From NCBI GenBank assembly GCA_963667725.2, contig CAXXHO010000003.1, positions 480,001-544,000 on the forward strand: DNA of 64,000 nucleotides, written 5' to 3'. Made by a program: the position numbers and the translations under genes. This document shows positions 50,392 through 60,250 of the stretch, in pieces (within the stretch, counting starts at the first letter, position 1; every line of letters begins with the position of its first letter). The notes beneath the pieces were generated by a model. The model saw only the letters and a program-made list of their open reading frames with translations, did not search any database and was not told the origin of the DNA. Source of the stretch: Treponemataceae bacterium (lineage in GTDB: Bacteria; Spirochaetota; Spirochaetia; Treponematales; Rectinemataceae).

Positions 50392-51582
50392 ATGCTTTTA
50401 TTACATCAAACTGGTAATAATTACAAATGGAACATTCAAAGCTTTACTGAAGATCATATTGGTGACGGATTAATTCTGTCGCCAATAAATACTAGTTATA
50501 AAAATCTTGAAGCGTTACCAAAAGCAATTATAGAAAAATCTGTTTTTGACCCTCAATTATTAATGCCATCTAATGGGAATGGAAAACTTACAACATACCC
50601 ATATTTTCCTACTTCAATATTGCCTTCGTATAGATCTACTGATTATGAATCAATAAAAAAAGAAATTGCACGACAATATACTCAGATGATTATTAAGCTT
50701 GGATTTAAAAAAATTATTATACCAAATAGATACAGTGATATTGAATCCTCGACATATCTTGAAAACATACAAAGCAATTTTATAGAACCATATTGCAATG
50801 AAATTCCTTCATCTCTGAAGATAGCAAAATATTTAACTATATTCGTCAACAAAACAAGGCTTATTGATGATGAAGCAAGAGATACAATGCTTGACTGGAT
50901 AACAGGTCTTTCAGAAATAGATGGTATATATCTTATATTTGATATTAAACGAACAACAAAGCAGATAAAGGACGTAGATATTTTAGCCGAAGCACTGTTT
51001 TTTGTAAAATCAGTTGAATCATCTGGTAAAAGAGTTATAATCGGCTTCACGAATACAGAAGGAATTTTATTTTCTATTGCTGGGCCTGAAGCTATAACAT
51101 GTGGCAGTTATGAAAACTTACGTAACTTTAGTATGTCAATAAGTCGATTTGCTAAAAAGGAAAAGGAAAAAAAAGGTAGACGGGGACCAAACGCACGATT
51201 GTATAGTGCCGTACTAATACAATGGATTGAATATAACTATGTTAAGGCTTTAGTAAAGAATCGTTATAGCCGATTATATGAAATATTCGCTGATTCAAAG
51301 TATCGGCCCTTATTCTTTGAGCCAACTTATAACTGGCATTTTGGAAGATCGGAACTATATAAACATTTTTTCATAGAGATTGATCGACAAGTAAAAGACC
51401 TCCCAGATGATCTTGATGAAAGAAAAAATTATTTGCTTTCAGCTATAAAGAATGCAATTACTATTTATGAAGATATTGCTCAGAGTGGTATATTACTTGA
51501 TTCTGATAGTAATGGAACGCATCTCAATGGATGGTTCAATGCAATCACTATATATGATAGATTAGTTAGGGAGCGGTTATAA
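50392..51582 (+). CDS. Hypothetical protein coupled to the kinase
   Basis: 396-aa ORF 4 bp after the kinase; GDGLILSP and FDPQ motifs. Confidence 0.75.
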   Translation: MLLLHQTGNNYKWNIQSFTEDHIGDGLILSPINTSYKNLEALPKAIIEKSVFDPQLLMPSNGNGKLTTYPYFPTSILPSYRSTDYESIKKEIARQYTQMIIKLGFKKIIIPNRYSDIESSTYLENIQSNFIEPYCNEIPSSLKIAKYLTIFVNKTRLIDDEARDTMLDWITGLSEIDGIYLIFDIKRTTKQIKDVDILAEALFFVKSVESSGKRVIIGFTNTEGILFSIAGPEAITCGSYENLRNFSMSISRFAKKEKEKKGRRGPNARLYSAVLIQWIEYNYVKALVKNRYSRLYEIFADSKYRPLFFEPTYNWHFGRSELYKHFFIEIDRQVKDLPDDLDERKNYLLSAIKNAITIYEDIAQSGILLDSDSNGTHLNGWFNAITIYDRLVRERL

Positions 51583-52013
51583 TGTTTCAATCAGAGAGTG
51601 ATTTATCTTTTGCATTTAAAAAAATTTTACCGACTACACATTGGGCAAATACTGAAGTGTTCGAAGAGGTTGAAGGACTATTAGGCATTCCTGATTTTAT
51701 TCTAATTAAAAAAAACAGAAAAACAAATGTTGCAATTGGTGTTGAACTCAAGTTATCTAACTGGCAAAGAGCAATGAATCAGGCGTTTAAGTATAAAACA
51801 TTCTGTAATATGAGTTATGTTATAATGGATGATGCACATATTGAACCGGCAAAGAAAAAACTTCCTGATTTCATCCGTTATAATATTGGTTTGGCTAGTA
51901 TTGATGATAATAAACATGAAATAAAATATTTTTATAAGCCTATAATGCAAGAACCATATTCTGAAGAGCTAAACACGAAACTATATCAGAAGTTATTCGC
52001 AAGTATATATTAA
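51582..52013 (+). CDS. Small PD-(D/E)xK nuclease-like protein (sce7726/MmcB-like)
   Basis: GIPDF...VELKLSNWQRAMNQA..Y..F...SYV; TAATG overlap with the upstream gene. Confidence 0.72.
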   Translation: MFQSESDLSFAFKKILPTTHWANTEVFEEVEGLLGIPDFILIKKNRKTNVAIGVELKLSNWQRAMNQAFKYKTFCNMSYVIMDDAHIEPAKKKLPDFIRYNIGLASIDDNKHEIKYFYKPIMQEPYSEELNTKLYQKLFASIY

Positions 52014-52018
52014 CAGCG

Positions 52019-52140
52019 GCATAATAACCGCTTTTACCTTATTCGAATTGACTAGAATATTCATAGGTCTTGAAAAACCATTGGTTCTCTGTATGCACAG
52101 TATCGAGTGACGGAATAAAGATTAAGCGAAAATGTTAGGT
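52019..52140 (+). other. attC site 7
   Basis: R'' GCATAAT; ttaagcgaaaat followed by R' GTTAGGT. Confidence 0.7.
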
Positions 52141-52258
52141 GGACGCTATACGCGGGAAAAAACAATCAAACTTGTGAAATATGAGGGAGAAACTGATGGA
52201 ATAACAGCCGCCTTGATTGTTTGTTTTGTCTTGTGGACAGCCTGGCGGCGTTAGTATT

Positions 52259-52585
52259 CTATTCTTGCGAAACGACTAAATCCCAAGCACTGTTCATTCC
52301 TTCCAGCACAAACTTTGATTCATGATTGTTTTTTACATAATACAGATAATTACGCTGGTAAAAATTATACTCTTTCCCTGCTGTTTGAGTGGGCAGAACG
52401 ATGATGATTAACTGCGTCTTTTCAGTTAGCGTCTTGCTTACATCAGTGCTCAAGTTACATGAAGCTTTTTTCCTTCCACCAAGACACTTTGATTTCCATA
52501 CTATACTTCCATCAGATGCTTTTACCTCAAAGGTTGCTGACATCATTACCGCAGCATTCTGAAATGATAAAACCTGTGCTTCCAT
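52259..52585 (-). CDS. Hypothetical protein
   Basis: AAGGAG RBS before ATG; no recognisable motif. Confidence 0.5.
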   Translation of the reverse strand: MEAQVLSFQNAAVMMSATFEVKASDGSIVWKSKCLGGRKKASCNLSTDVSKTLTEKTQLIIIVLPTQTAGKEYNFYQRNYLYYVKNNHESKFVLEGMNSAWDLVVSQE

Positions 52586-52905
52586 ACGATCTCCTTTTTT
52601 CTATTGATACGATAAATTATAAGTCCTATATTTAATAAAACAAGTAAATTCGTAAAAACAGAGAAAATCGGCTCCTTGTTATCTTCGAATAGAACCATAT
52701 GCGTAAGCCGCTTCCCTGGAATATAAGTATCCATCGGAAGACGAAGAAACTGGCATATGAACATGAGGGACTGTACCCGATGAGTATCCTGCCATTCAAC
52801 AAAAAGGGCAGGGGACTGGGACGGCATCCGAAATAGAGACCGGTCGCACTTTTCGAATACCTGATCCGGATGTAGGCGAATCCGGGCGCGATAGTATCCG
52901 AAAGT

Positions 52906-54087
52906 TCAGCCTTTTGTAGCTTTGTTGGCTCGTTTGTCGCCGCGGTCTTTGTCGAGTATGTCTTTCACCGAAAGTCCCTCTTTGTAGACTGTTTCGTCAT
53001 CCGGATGCTGGTACCCCTTCGAAGTGACCGAACTCGCGTGGCCCATAAGAAGCATAAGGGAAGCTTCGTCCAGAATTTCTAGCTTGTATGTTCCAAAACT
53101 GTGACGGAGGTAGTATGGCGTCCAGGTGGAATCCATGTATCCCAAACGCTTCATTGCACGTTCGAAGCAATTTCCTATTGAAGCTTCCGACACCGGGTTT
53201 GATCGGCCGGGAGCCGTAAACACGAAGTCCATATCGTCGGCAGTCATTGTCTGCTCTTTCCATATAAGCAATTCCTGAACCGTTCGCTCCGAAAGATATC
53301 CAGGTCGAACAATCCCCGTCTTTGTGGTCTTTACCTTGCTGTTTGTCCCTGATTCAATCGCTGTCCGGATAGGAACGAAACGCTTCTCAAGGTCTATCTG
53401 CCCCCACCTAATCGCCCGGAGTTCTCCAGGGCGTGCCCCCGTATCATTCATGGCGAAGAAGAATGCAACATACATTGGCGAACCATAGAGCTTGATGGCT
53501 TCGCCATGGGTAGCCGGATAAAGTATGACGATGACCTCACGGGGGAGGGCAGACCGGGGCTTTTCTGGGGCTTTATTGTATTTGACCACTCCTTCAAGAG
53601 GGTTTTCCTTGACGAGCCCTTGCTGGCGCCAATAGGTGAACATTAGAGAAAGCGCATAGAGCATCTTGTTCCGCGTGCCGCGGGCGTATGGGGAGCCATT
53701 GATCCTGTTGAGGCTTTTTATTGTGATATTGATCTCTGACGGCTCAAGCTCCTGGATGTTACAGGCACCGAAGACCTTCAGAAAATGGTTCTCGAGGAAG
53801 CCTTGATAGATGGCGAGGGTGGCATCGGTTCGCTTCCAGCCATGTTCTACCTGGTCGCGATCCCACGCCCCATCCTTGTTGAAGAATCCAACAGCGAGTT
53901 CGGAGAAGAGGTAGTCTTTCGCTCTGCCTAGAAGAACAAGGTGATTTCTCGACGCCCATTTCACGGCAGCTTCCCGGGTGCTCTCGGGAGACATGAACCA
54001 TTTTCCGGGGGCATCGTCGTATTCTACGCGAAAGCGTTTCTTCCCTGGTATCCACTGCGTCTTGATAGCTTTTTTCGGTCTGGGCAT
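52906..54087 (-). CDS. int: Tyrosine integrase
   Basis: TGARPGEL, TKT, YYLRHS, LMGH and GYQH motifs; adjacent to att and tRNA. Confidence 0.93.
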   Translation of the reverse strand: MPRPKKAIKTQWIPGKKRFRVEYDDAPGKWFMSPESTREAAVKWASRNHLVLLGRAKDYLFSELAVGFFNKDGAWDRDQVEHGWKRTDATLAIYQGFLENHFLKVFGACNIQELEPSEINITIKSLNRINGSPYARGTRNKMLYALSLMFTYWRQQGLVKENPLEGVVKYNKAPEKPRSALPREVIVILYPATHGEAIKLYGSPMYVAFFFAMNDTGARPGELRAIRWGQIDLEKRFVPIRTAIESGTNSKVKTTKTGIVRPGYLSERTVQELLIWKEQTMTADDMDFVFTAPGRSNPVSEASIGNCFERAMKRLGYMDSTWTPYYLRHSFGTYKLEILDEASLMLLMGHASSVTSKGYQHPDDETVYKEGLSVKDILDKDRGDKRANKATKG

Positions 54088-54151
54088 ATGTCATTCTGAG
54101 GCTTTGGGCAAATATTTGTCAATATAAACACATACTTTTTCACATACCCTA

Positions 54152-54204
54152 AAAAAAGAGGCTGATAAATCCTTATAATAAAAGGATTTATCAGCCTCTT
54201 TTTT
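54152..54204 (-). terminator. 23-bp perfect inverted repeat downstream of tRNA-Glu
   Basis: AAAAAAGAGGCTGATAAATCCTT-ATAATAA-AAGGATTTATCAGCCTCTTTTTT. Confidence 0.8.
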
Positions 54205-54275
54205 AGCCCCTAGGGGAGTCGAACCCCTCTTTAAAGATTGAGAATCTTTTGTCCTAACCGATAGACGAAGGGGCC
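54204..54275 (-). tRNA. tRNA-Glu(CTC)
   Basis: GGCCCCT/AGGGGCT acceptor stem, TTCTCAA anticodon loop, GGTTCGACTCC. Confidence 0.95.
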
Positions 54276-54377
54276 TCGTGAAAGAAATGGCTCTCTGTTC
54301 GAGAGCCATTTCTTTCACGAGCGAGATTTTCGCCCGCGGCTCAAATCTCGCATCGCATCCGATCGGTAAAACCCAAG

Positions 54378-54448
54378 TTCCCCAGGGAGGATTTGAACCC
54401 CCACAAGCAGATCCAGAGTCTGCCGTGCTACCATTACACAACCGGGGA
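54378..54448 (-). tRNA. tRNA-Gln(CTG)
   Basis: TCCCCGG/CTGGGGA acceptor stem, CTCTGGA loop, GGTTCAAATCC. Confidence 0.95.
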
Positions 54449-54647
54449 ATGACGTCAACGGCAGATAAAATAGCGCAGCTGGCGCCCTTAGTCAATACCT
54501 CGGGAAGTTCAAAAAATAATCATGCCGATGAATAATCTTCATTGACAAGCCGCTATAAGGGATTTATTCTTAAAGAGAAAAAGATATGCACAAATGTGCA
54601 TTATAAATCGACAGGAATCCTGGTTTAGCCCTGGAGAGGAGAGAAGG

Positions 54648-55376
54648 ATGACAGGTGGAATCGCGCGCGGAACGGAGCGACTTTTCGACGATAAGGGGCA
54701 TCTCTTTCTTCTCGCCCTCGACCACTCCCAGAGCGGCGTGATGCCGGGGCTGGAAAATTCCGGCGGACTCATGACGAAACTAGCCGCTTCTGCCCTGGAT
54801 GGCTTCATCCTCAACATAGGCATGAGCGGGCTGATGGCCGCGCCGCCATTCCTCAGGAAGAAACTCGTACTGCGCACATCCTTCGGAGGATCCATGCTCG
54901 CGAGCGATTACTCGACCGTGCACGCCAACCATGTGAGTCCGGAAACCGCTCTCTCCGTCGGCGCCGACGCCGTCCTCATGATGGCGGTGATCGGCGGCAC
55001 GGATTACAGGAGCCTTCAGGCGCTCGCCGCCGATATCGACCGGTTTCACCAGCTTTCCATTCCCGTGATCGTGGAGATTCTCGCCGCCGACTTCACCAAG
55101 ACCAGCAGTTTCGACATTCAGTATCACGGGGCGCGGATAGCCGCCGAGCTGGGAGCCGATGTGGTGAAAGCTTTCTTCGTGGAGGGTTTCGACAAGGTGA
55201 CGGCCTGCTGTCCGGTGCCGGTCATTCTCGCCGGCGGACCCAAGGACCGCGACATCGCCGCCGTGGCGGCTCAGGCGCTCTCCGAGGGGGCGAGGGGATT
55301 CGCCTTTGGCCGTAACATCTTCCAGGCTGCCGATCCCGAAGCTGTCGTGGCTAAGTTAGGCGGACTTCTGAAATGA
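54648..55376 (+). CDS. Class I aldolase (DhnA/LsrF-like)
   Basis: LALDH, ARIAAELGADVVK, LAGGP and GRNIFQ motifs. Confidence 0.88.
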   Translation: MTGGIARGTERLFDDKGHLFLLALDHSQSGVMPGLENSGGLMTKLAASALDGFILNIGMSGLMAAPPFLRKKLVLRTSFGGSMLASDYSTVHANHVSPETALSVGADAVLMMAVIGGTDYRSLQALAADIDRFHQLSIPVIVEILAADFTKTSSFDIQYHGARIAAELGADVVKAFFVEGFDKVTACCPVPVILAGGPKDRDIAAVAAQALSEGARGFAFGRNIFQAADPEAVVAKLGGLLK

Positions 55377-56389
55377 AGGCAGGTCCTGACGCTTCGACCA
55401 TCTACAGGATCGCTCGATATTACTATGTCGAGGGATTGTCTCAGGAGGAGATAGGAGCCAAGGAAGGTTTTTCCCGCTCCCAGATATCGAGGCTCCTCGA
55501 ACGGGCGAAGGATCTCGGATTAGTGAAGATCACCGTGCTTCCGCCGGCCGATCTGCGCACCGAAGAGTTGGCCAGGATCCTCGTGGACAGCCTGCGTCTG
55601 CGCACCGCGGTCGTGGTACCGGTGAGGAAGAACGCAGATGCCGACGACATAGCGCTGGCCATCGCCACGCGGGCGGCGGATTGTCTCCCCGGACTCCTGT
55701 CGAATTTCGGTGTCGTGGGGCTTGGCTGGGGCCACACCCTATACAGGACGGCCGAGCTGCTGCCCAGGAATTCCGACAAGGCAGGCAAGCCTCTTTTCGT
55801 GCCTCTCATCGGAACTTCCGGCGATGACAATCCCGATCTGCAGATAAACACGATCATCGATAGGTTCAGCTCCTCGTTCCGGTCCAAGGGCCTCTTCGTG
55901 AACATGCCTTCGGTGCGCGAAAAAGGCAGGCCGCTCTCGAAAATCGAGGAGAAGAGGATAGCGAGCCTTGAGGAATACTGGAACGCGATGGAAGCCGTGG
56001 TGATCGGGCTGGGCGTTCCTCCCTCGGAGTCCCCGAATCTGATAGCCGAACTCCCCATGGAATACAGGGACGAGCTCAAGAAAAGCGCGTCTTGCGGGGA
56101 TATTCTTGCCCATTATTTCGACGCCGGCGGAAAGATATTCGAGCCCGAGAACAGCTGCGATCTTCTGGCCTTCGACATCACGAAGCTCCCCGGAATCAGG
56201 CAATCGATCTGCCTTGCGGGGGGACGCAACAAGCACAGGGGGATCTTGGCCGCGGCCCGCTCCGGGTACATCACCGATCTCGTCACCGACGAATGGACGG
56301 CGCTCGCGGTTCTGGAACTCCTGGGCGAGGGGGGCAAGCTGCCGGCGGGAGCCCTTCATAAATCCGGACAGAAAGGGAGCGGCGCATGA
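55373..56389 (+). CDS. SorC/LsrR-family sugar-binding regulator
   Basis: ARYYYVEGLSQEEI..SRSQISRLL, GLGWGHTL and LVTDE motifs. Confidence 0.92.
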   Translation: MKAGPDASTIYRIARYYYVEGLSQEEIGAKEGFSRSQISRLLERAKDLGLVKITVLPPADLRTEELARILVDSLRLRTAVVVPVRKNADADDIALAIATRAADCLPGLLSNFGVVGLGWGHTLYRTAELLPRNSDKAGKPLFVPLIGTSGDDNPDLQINTIIDRFSSSFRSKGLFVNMPSVREKGRPLSKIEEKRIASLEEYWNAMEAVVIGLGVPPSESPNLIAELPMEYRDELKKSASCGDILAHYFDAGGKIFEPENSCDLLAFDITKLPGIRQSICLAGGRNKHRGILAAARSGYITDLVTDEWTALAVLELLGEGGKLPAGALHKSGQKGSGA

Positions 56390-57354
56390 AAGCACTCGTC
56401 TATACGGGCATCGGATGCCTGGAAATGCGGGACATCCCCAAACCGGATGCCGATTTTATCGTAAAGGTCTCCGGTTGCGGCATATGCGGAACCGATCTTA
56501 AAACCTATCTCAAGGGGCATCATTTTTTCCCGCCTCCCGCGGTTCTGGGCCACGAGTTTTTCGGCGTCGTGGACAAGGCTTCCCCCGGAAGCGGATACAA
56601 GACAGGAGATCCCGTGGTTGTCGCGCCCTACGCTGAGTGCGGCTCCTGCTCGCTGTGCCGCGTGGGCGCGGGAACGCTCTGCAAACATAAGATGTTCGTG
56701 GACGGAGGCGCTTTCTGCGAATATGTGGGAATACCCGCCGGCTATGTAGGCACCGGGGTATTCCGCGTTCCCGCGGCCGATGACAGCTTTACCCTCGTGG
56801 AACCGCTCGCCTGCGTCCTGAACGGCATCGAGCACCTGAGGCTCAGGGAAGGAAGCAAGGCCCTCGTGGTGGGCTCAGGCCCCATGGGCGCGCTGTTCGC
56901 GCTGGTGTTCAAGGCTAAGGGAATCCCCGTCACCGTGGTCGAACTCGGAGCCCTGCGCAGGGAAAAAGTGGCGTCCTGGGGCATCGACGCGAGAGAGCCC
57001 GGGGCCGTGGCCGCCGCGGACTACGACAATATCGTCATCGCCGTGAATAAAAAGGAACTGGTGGCCGATTACGCTAAAGCCGTGGGGGACGCCGGCACCG
57101 TCCTCATGTTCGCCGGTCTCGGGAAGGAAGAGTCGGTCGCGATAGACGCCTACTCTATTCATTACAGGGAAGTGGCGCTCGTGGGCTGCTCGGGATACGC
57201 GATACGGCATTTCAGGCAGGCTCTCGCCCTCATCAAGGATCACAGGGAAGAATTCTCCCGCGTCATAACGCACAGGATGCCTCTCGCGGAAGGGGCGGAA
57301 GCCTTCAATCTGCTCTCTGGCGGTCAGGCCTTCAAGATAGTCCTGAAACCATAG
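56386..57354 (+). CDS. Zn-dependent sugar-alcohol dehydrogenase
   Basis: GICGTD, GHEF, CxxCxxC and GSGPMG motifs. Confidence 0.9.
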   Translation: MKALVYTGIGCLEMRDIPKPDADFIVKVSGCGICGTDLKTYLKGHHFFPPPAVLGHEFFGVVDKASPGSGYKTGDPVVVAPYAECGSCSLCRVGAGTLCKHKMFVDGGAFCEYVGIPAGYVGTGVFRVPAADDSFTLVEPLACVLNGIEHLRLREGSKALVVGSGPMGALFALVFKAKGIPVTVVELGALRREKVASWGIDAREPGAVAAADYDNIVIAVNKKELVADYAKAVGDAGTVLMFAGLGKEESVAIDAYSIHYREVALVGCSGYAIRHFRQALALIKDHREEFSRVITHRMPLAEGAEAFNLLSGGQAFKIVLKP

Positions 57355-57366
57355 GAACGGCGAACC

Positions 57367-58425
57367 ATGAAGCTTGGAATACTTTTCGGACCTGGCTCGG
57401 GCGACGGCGGTTCGATCCGCGCCGAGAAACTGCTCGCGCGGAGGCTCGAGGGGCAGGGCGTCGCCGTCTGCGAGGGCCTCTTCGGGGGAAGTTGGCGGCC
57501 GGGAGATGCCGGGGACTCCAGGGATTCAGGGGGCGCGGGAAATTCTGGGAATTCCGGAGCCCCAACACTCTGGCGGAGACTCGCCGTCGCGTCTTCGGGG
57601 CATCCTTCAGGCTACGTGGAAGAACTGCGCGCCGCGGTCGCCGCGCTCTCCGCCTGGGGAGCCGAACTCCTCGTATGCGTGGGAGGGGACGGGCTCGCCT
57701 CCTACGCGGCGGACGCCATGCTCGCTGGGATCAGGCCCATGCCGCTTCTGGGCATCGCCGCGGGCACGATAAACGTGGGGCCGATCGTCTCGCTGGGGCT
57801 GGACGGGATCGCCGATCTCGATCCGGAAAAGCTGAAGACAGAAAAGGTCGGCGCTGTCGAAGTATCGCTGGATGGCGCCCACCTCGCGTATGGATTCAAC
57901 GACATCGTCATCGGCGACACCTTTCTCGGCATGATGGATGGCGCGGCGAAAAGCCTCTCGGTCCGGGCCATGCTGGAGAAAGGCGAGAAACAAGAAGCTT
58001 CGCCTTCCCCCGACATCGTCGGCCCAGCCTTCGCGGTGAGGAAAAATGGGATCGGCATCGAGCCCGGCATGCGCGACCCTGCCCAGATCATCGTTTCGCC
58101 ACTCGGGAAGCGCGAATTCTACGCCAGGGCGATCGTTGGAGTCCTCTGCGACGCCGCATACATGAAGGGCGCGGCGGCCATGGCGCTCTTCGATTCGGTC
58201 ATCGTGAGAGCCGGAAGCCCGGAACGCGGCATATCCGATTTTTCCGCGACCGAGCAGCTTCTTTTCGGCCCGGGAGACTGGGTGGAAATAAGCGGCCTCG
58301 CCGCCTCCGGACAGATCGTCGTCGATGGGAATCCCTTCGCCCGCGTGGGCGATCGCGTTCGGTTCAGGTCGATGCCGGATCTGGTCGAGGTAGCCAAGCC
58401 GCATCATTTCGGTATGGAGGCATAG
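57367..58425 (+). CDS. NAD kinase/DAGK-fold protein
   Basis: VGGDG, GIAAGTIN, FNDI and VDG motifs. Confidence 0.7.
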   Translation: MKLGILFGPGSGDGGSIRAEKLLARRLEGQGVAVCEGLFGGSWRPGDAGDSRDSGGAGNSGNSGAPTLWRRLAVASSGHPSGYVEELRAAVAALSAWGAELLVCVGGDGLASYAADAMLAGIRPMPLLGIAAGTINVGPIVSLGLDGIADLDPEKLKTEKVGAVEVSLDGAHLAYGFNDIVIGDTFLGMMDGAAKSLSVRAMLEKGEKQEASPSPDIVGPAFAVRKNGIGIEPGMRDPAQIIVSPLGKREFYARAIVGVLCDAAYMKGAAAMALFDSVIVRAGSPERGISDFSATEQLLFGPGDWVEISGLAASGQIVVDGNPFARVGDRVRFRSMPDLVEVAKPHHFGMEA

Positions 58426-58426
58426 G

Positions 58427-59344
58427 ATGGATTCCGGCAGAAGCATGCCCAGGATGAAGAACAATCTCCAGGCCAGGGAACAGAGGAGGGCCGCCGCGGT
58501 GATGATGACGCCGCTTCTCCTCACCCTGTTTTTCCTCTTCCTCCTGCCGGTGGCCTTCGTCGTCATGATGAGCTTCACCAACTGGAGCCTGACTACGCCG
58601 ACGCGAGCCTTCGTGGGACTGAAAAACTTCCTCTTCGTCCTCAAGGATGAGCGATTCTGGAAGGCGCTCGGCAACACGGTTTTCTATACGGCGATAAAGC
58701 TCGTGGCCGATACCGGCCTCGCTCTCTTTATAGCCACCCTCCTGGACAGGAAACTGCATCTGCGGCGCTTCTTCAGGATCGCGCATTTCGCGCCCGTCGT
58801 GGTTCCCATCACCGCCTCGAGCCTGATCTGGCTCTGGTTCTACGACCCCGGCATCGGCCCCCTCAATCAGATCCTCGTAAGCCTCGGCCTTCCGGCCATG
58901 CAATGGCTCTACAGCGAAAAGACGGCCTTGCTGTCGGTGATCCTGTTCTCCGTCTGGAAAGGATTGGGCTACAACGTCATCCTCTTCCTTGCCGGCCTCC
59001 AGAGCATCCCCGAATCCTATCTCGAGGCGGCGCGCATCGATGGAGCGAGCGAGAACCAGGTATTCTTCAAGATAAAACTGCCGCTTCTCGCGCCCGTCAC
59101 CTCCTTCGTGATCATGATGGGCGTCATCAACTGCCTGAAAGTCTTCACGGAGGTGGATGTGATGACACCCAATCACGGGCCTCTGGAATCGACGCTCCTC
59201 CTCGTCTCGTACATCTATGACCAGTCATTCACAAGAGGGAAGATGGGCCGCGGCGCCGCGACAGCCCTCCTTCTGTTCCTGCTCATATTTGGGTTCACCC
59301 TGCTGCAGAGAGCCTTCGGGCGTAAAAACGTAAGTTACGACTGA
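58427..59344 (+). CDS. Carbohydrate ABC permease
   Basis: EAARIDGA EAA loop; TM segments. Confidence 0.93.
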   Translation: MDSGRSMPRMKNNLQAREQRRAAAVMMTPLLLTLFFLFLLPVAFVVMMSFTNWSLTTPTRAFVGLKNFLFVLKDERFWKALGNTVFYTAIKLVADTGLALFIATLLDRKLHLRRFFRIAHFAPVVVPITASSLIWLWFYDPGIGPLNQILVSLGLPAMQWLYSEKTALLSVILFSVWKGLGYNVILFLAGLQSIPESYLEAARIDGASENQVFFKIKLPLLAPVTSFVIMMGVINCLKVFTEVDVMTPNHGPLESTLLLVSYIYDQSFTRGKMGRGAATALLLFLLIFGFTLLQRAFGRKNVSYD

Positions 59345-59355
59345 GGGAGGAAAGC

Positions 59356-60183
59356 ATGAACAAAAAAAAGCGCAAGCGCTATCCGGCCGTCTTCATATTT
59401 TTGACGCTGAGCTCCCTGCTCATGATTTTTCCCTTCGTATGGATGTTCCTGTCCTCTTTCAAGACCTCGGCCGATGTCTACAGCTACCCGCCCCAGTGGA
59501 TACCGAGCTCCTTCCAGCTGGGCAATTTCTTGGAAGTGTTCAAGAAGATTCCCTTCCTGAGATTCTACGCGAACAGCATCGTCATCGCCATCGTGCAGAC
59601 CTTCCTGCAGATCCTCATCTCGGCGATGGGCGCCTTCGCCCTAACGAAGCTGGAGTTTCCGGGTAGGAAAAAGATGTTCACCTTCATGCAGAGCAGCATG
59701 TATGTCCCCGAAGTGGTGACGATGATACCGCTCTTTCTCCTCGCTTCCTGGGCGGGACTGGTGGACACCTACGCGGGACTCATCCTGGGAGGCCTCATCT
59801 GCGCCTTCACGACGATACTCCTCATGTCCTTCTTCGAGATCATACCGAACGACCTCCTGGACGCGGCCAAGATCGACGGCTGCGGCTATTACAGGATTTT
59901 CCTGCAGGTGGTCATACCCAACTCCCGGACCGCCATCGGGACGGCGTCTCTCTTCGCCTTCCTCACCCACTGGCGGAGCTACATGTGGCCGTTGATCATC
60001 ACGAACAACGTGAAGCTGAGAACGCTGCCTATCGGACTGAAATACCTGGTCCAGGAGACCTCCTCCGAATACCAGGTTCTCATGGCCGCCTCTCTCATGG
60101 CGATAATACCTGTGCTTCTGGTGTACATGCTGATGGAAAAGGAGTTCGTGCAGTCCATAACGCTGACCGGACTCAAGTCATAG
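59356..60183 (+). CDS. Carbohydrate ABC permease
   Basis: DAAKIDGC loop; TM segments. Confidence 0.93.
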   Translation: MNKKKRKRYPAVFIFLTLSSLLMIFPFVWMFLSSFKTSADVYSYPPQWIPSSFQLGNFLEVFKKIPFLRFYANSIVIAIVQTFLQILISAMGAFALTKLEFPGRKKMFTFMQSSMYVPEVVTMIPLFLLASWAGLVDTYAGLILGGLICAFTTILLMSFFEIIPNDLLDAAKIDGCGYYRIFLQVVIPNSRTAIGTASLFAFLTHWRSYMWPLIITNNVKLRTLPIGLKYLVQETSSEYQVLMAASLMAIIPVLLVYMLMEKEFVQSITLTGLKS

Positions 60184-60250
60184 CTCGAGATACGGAGCCG
60201 ACCTGCGCGCGGCTCGATACGGGAAGGATAGCCTTCCAGGAGGTAGGGGA

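Larger units (their letters stand above)
38927..52140 (+). mobile_element. Integron cassette array without intI (CALIN), 7 attC-like sites
   Basis: attC-like sites at 39671, 40662, 42256, 47336, 48532, 49354 and 52019; cassette-start cores complement the next R'' for the first five cassettes. Confidence 0.85.
14782..54215. mobile_element. tRNA-Glu-integrated phage-related element (satellite or defective prophage) with cassette cargo
   Basis: 15-bp direct repeats, tRNA-proximal tyrosine integrase, phage-type regulatory and replication genes, and composition shifts. Confidence 0.88.

Noticed and set aside
39671..52140. ~120-bp repeats as CRISPR or REP elements
   Set aside because: They are separated by whole genes and carry complementary R''/R' boxes, fitting attC.
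52906..54087. Integrase as IntI
   Set aside because: No IntI-specific insertion apparent before the HxxR-equivalent motif; tRNA-proximal position fits a phage-type integrase.
54091..54495. 134-aa ORF
   Set aside because: Reads through the tRNA-Gln and tRNA-Glu genes.
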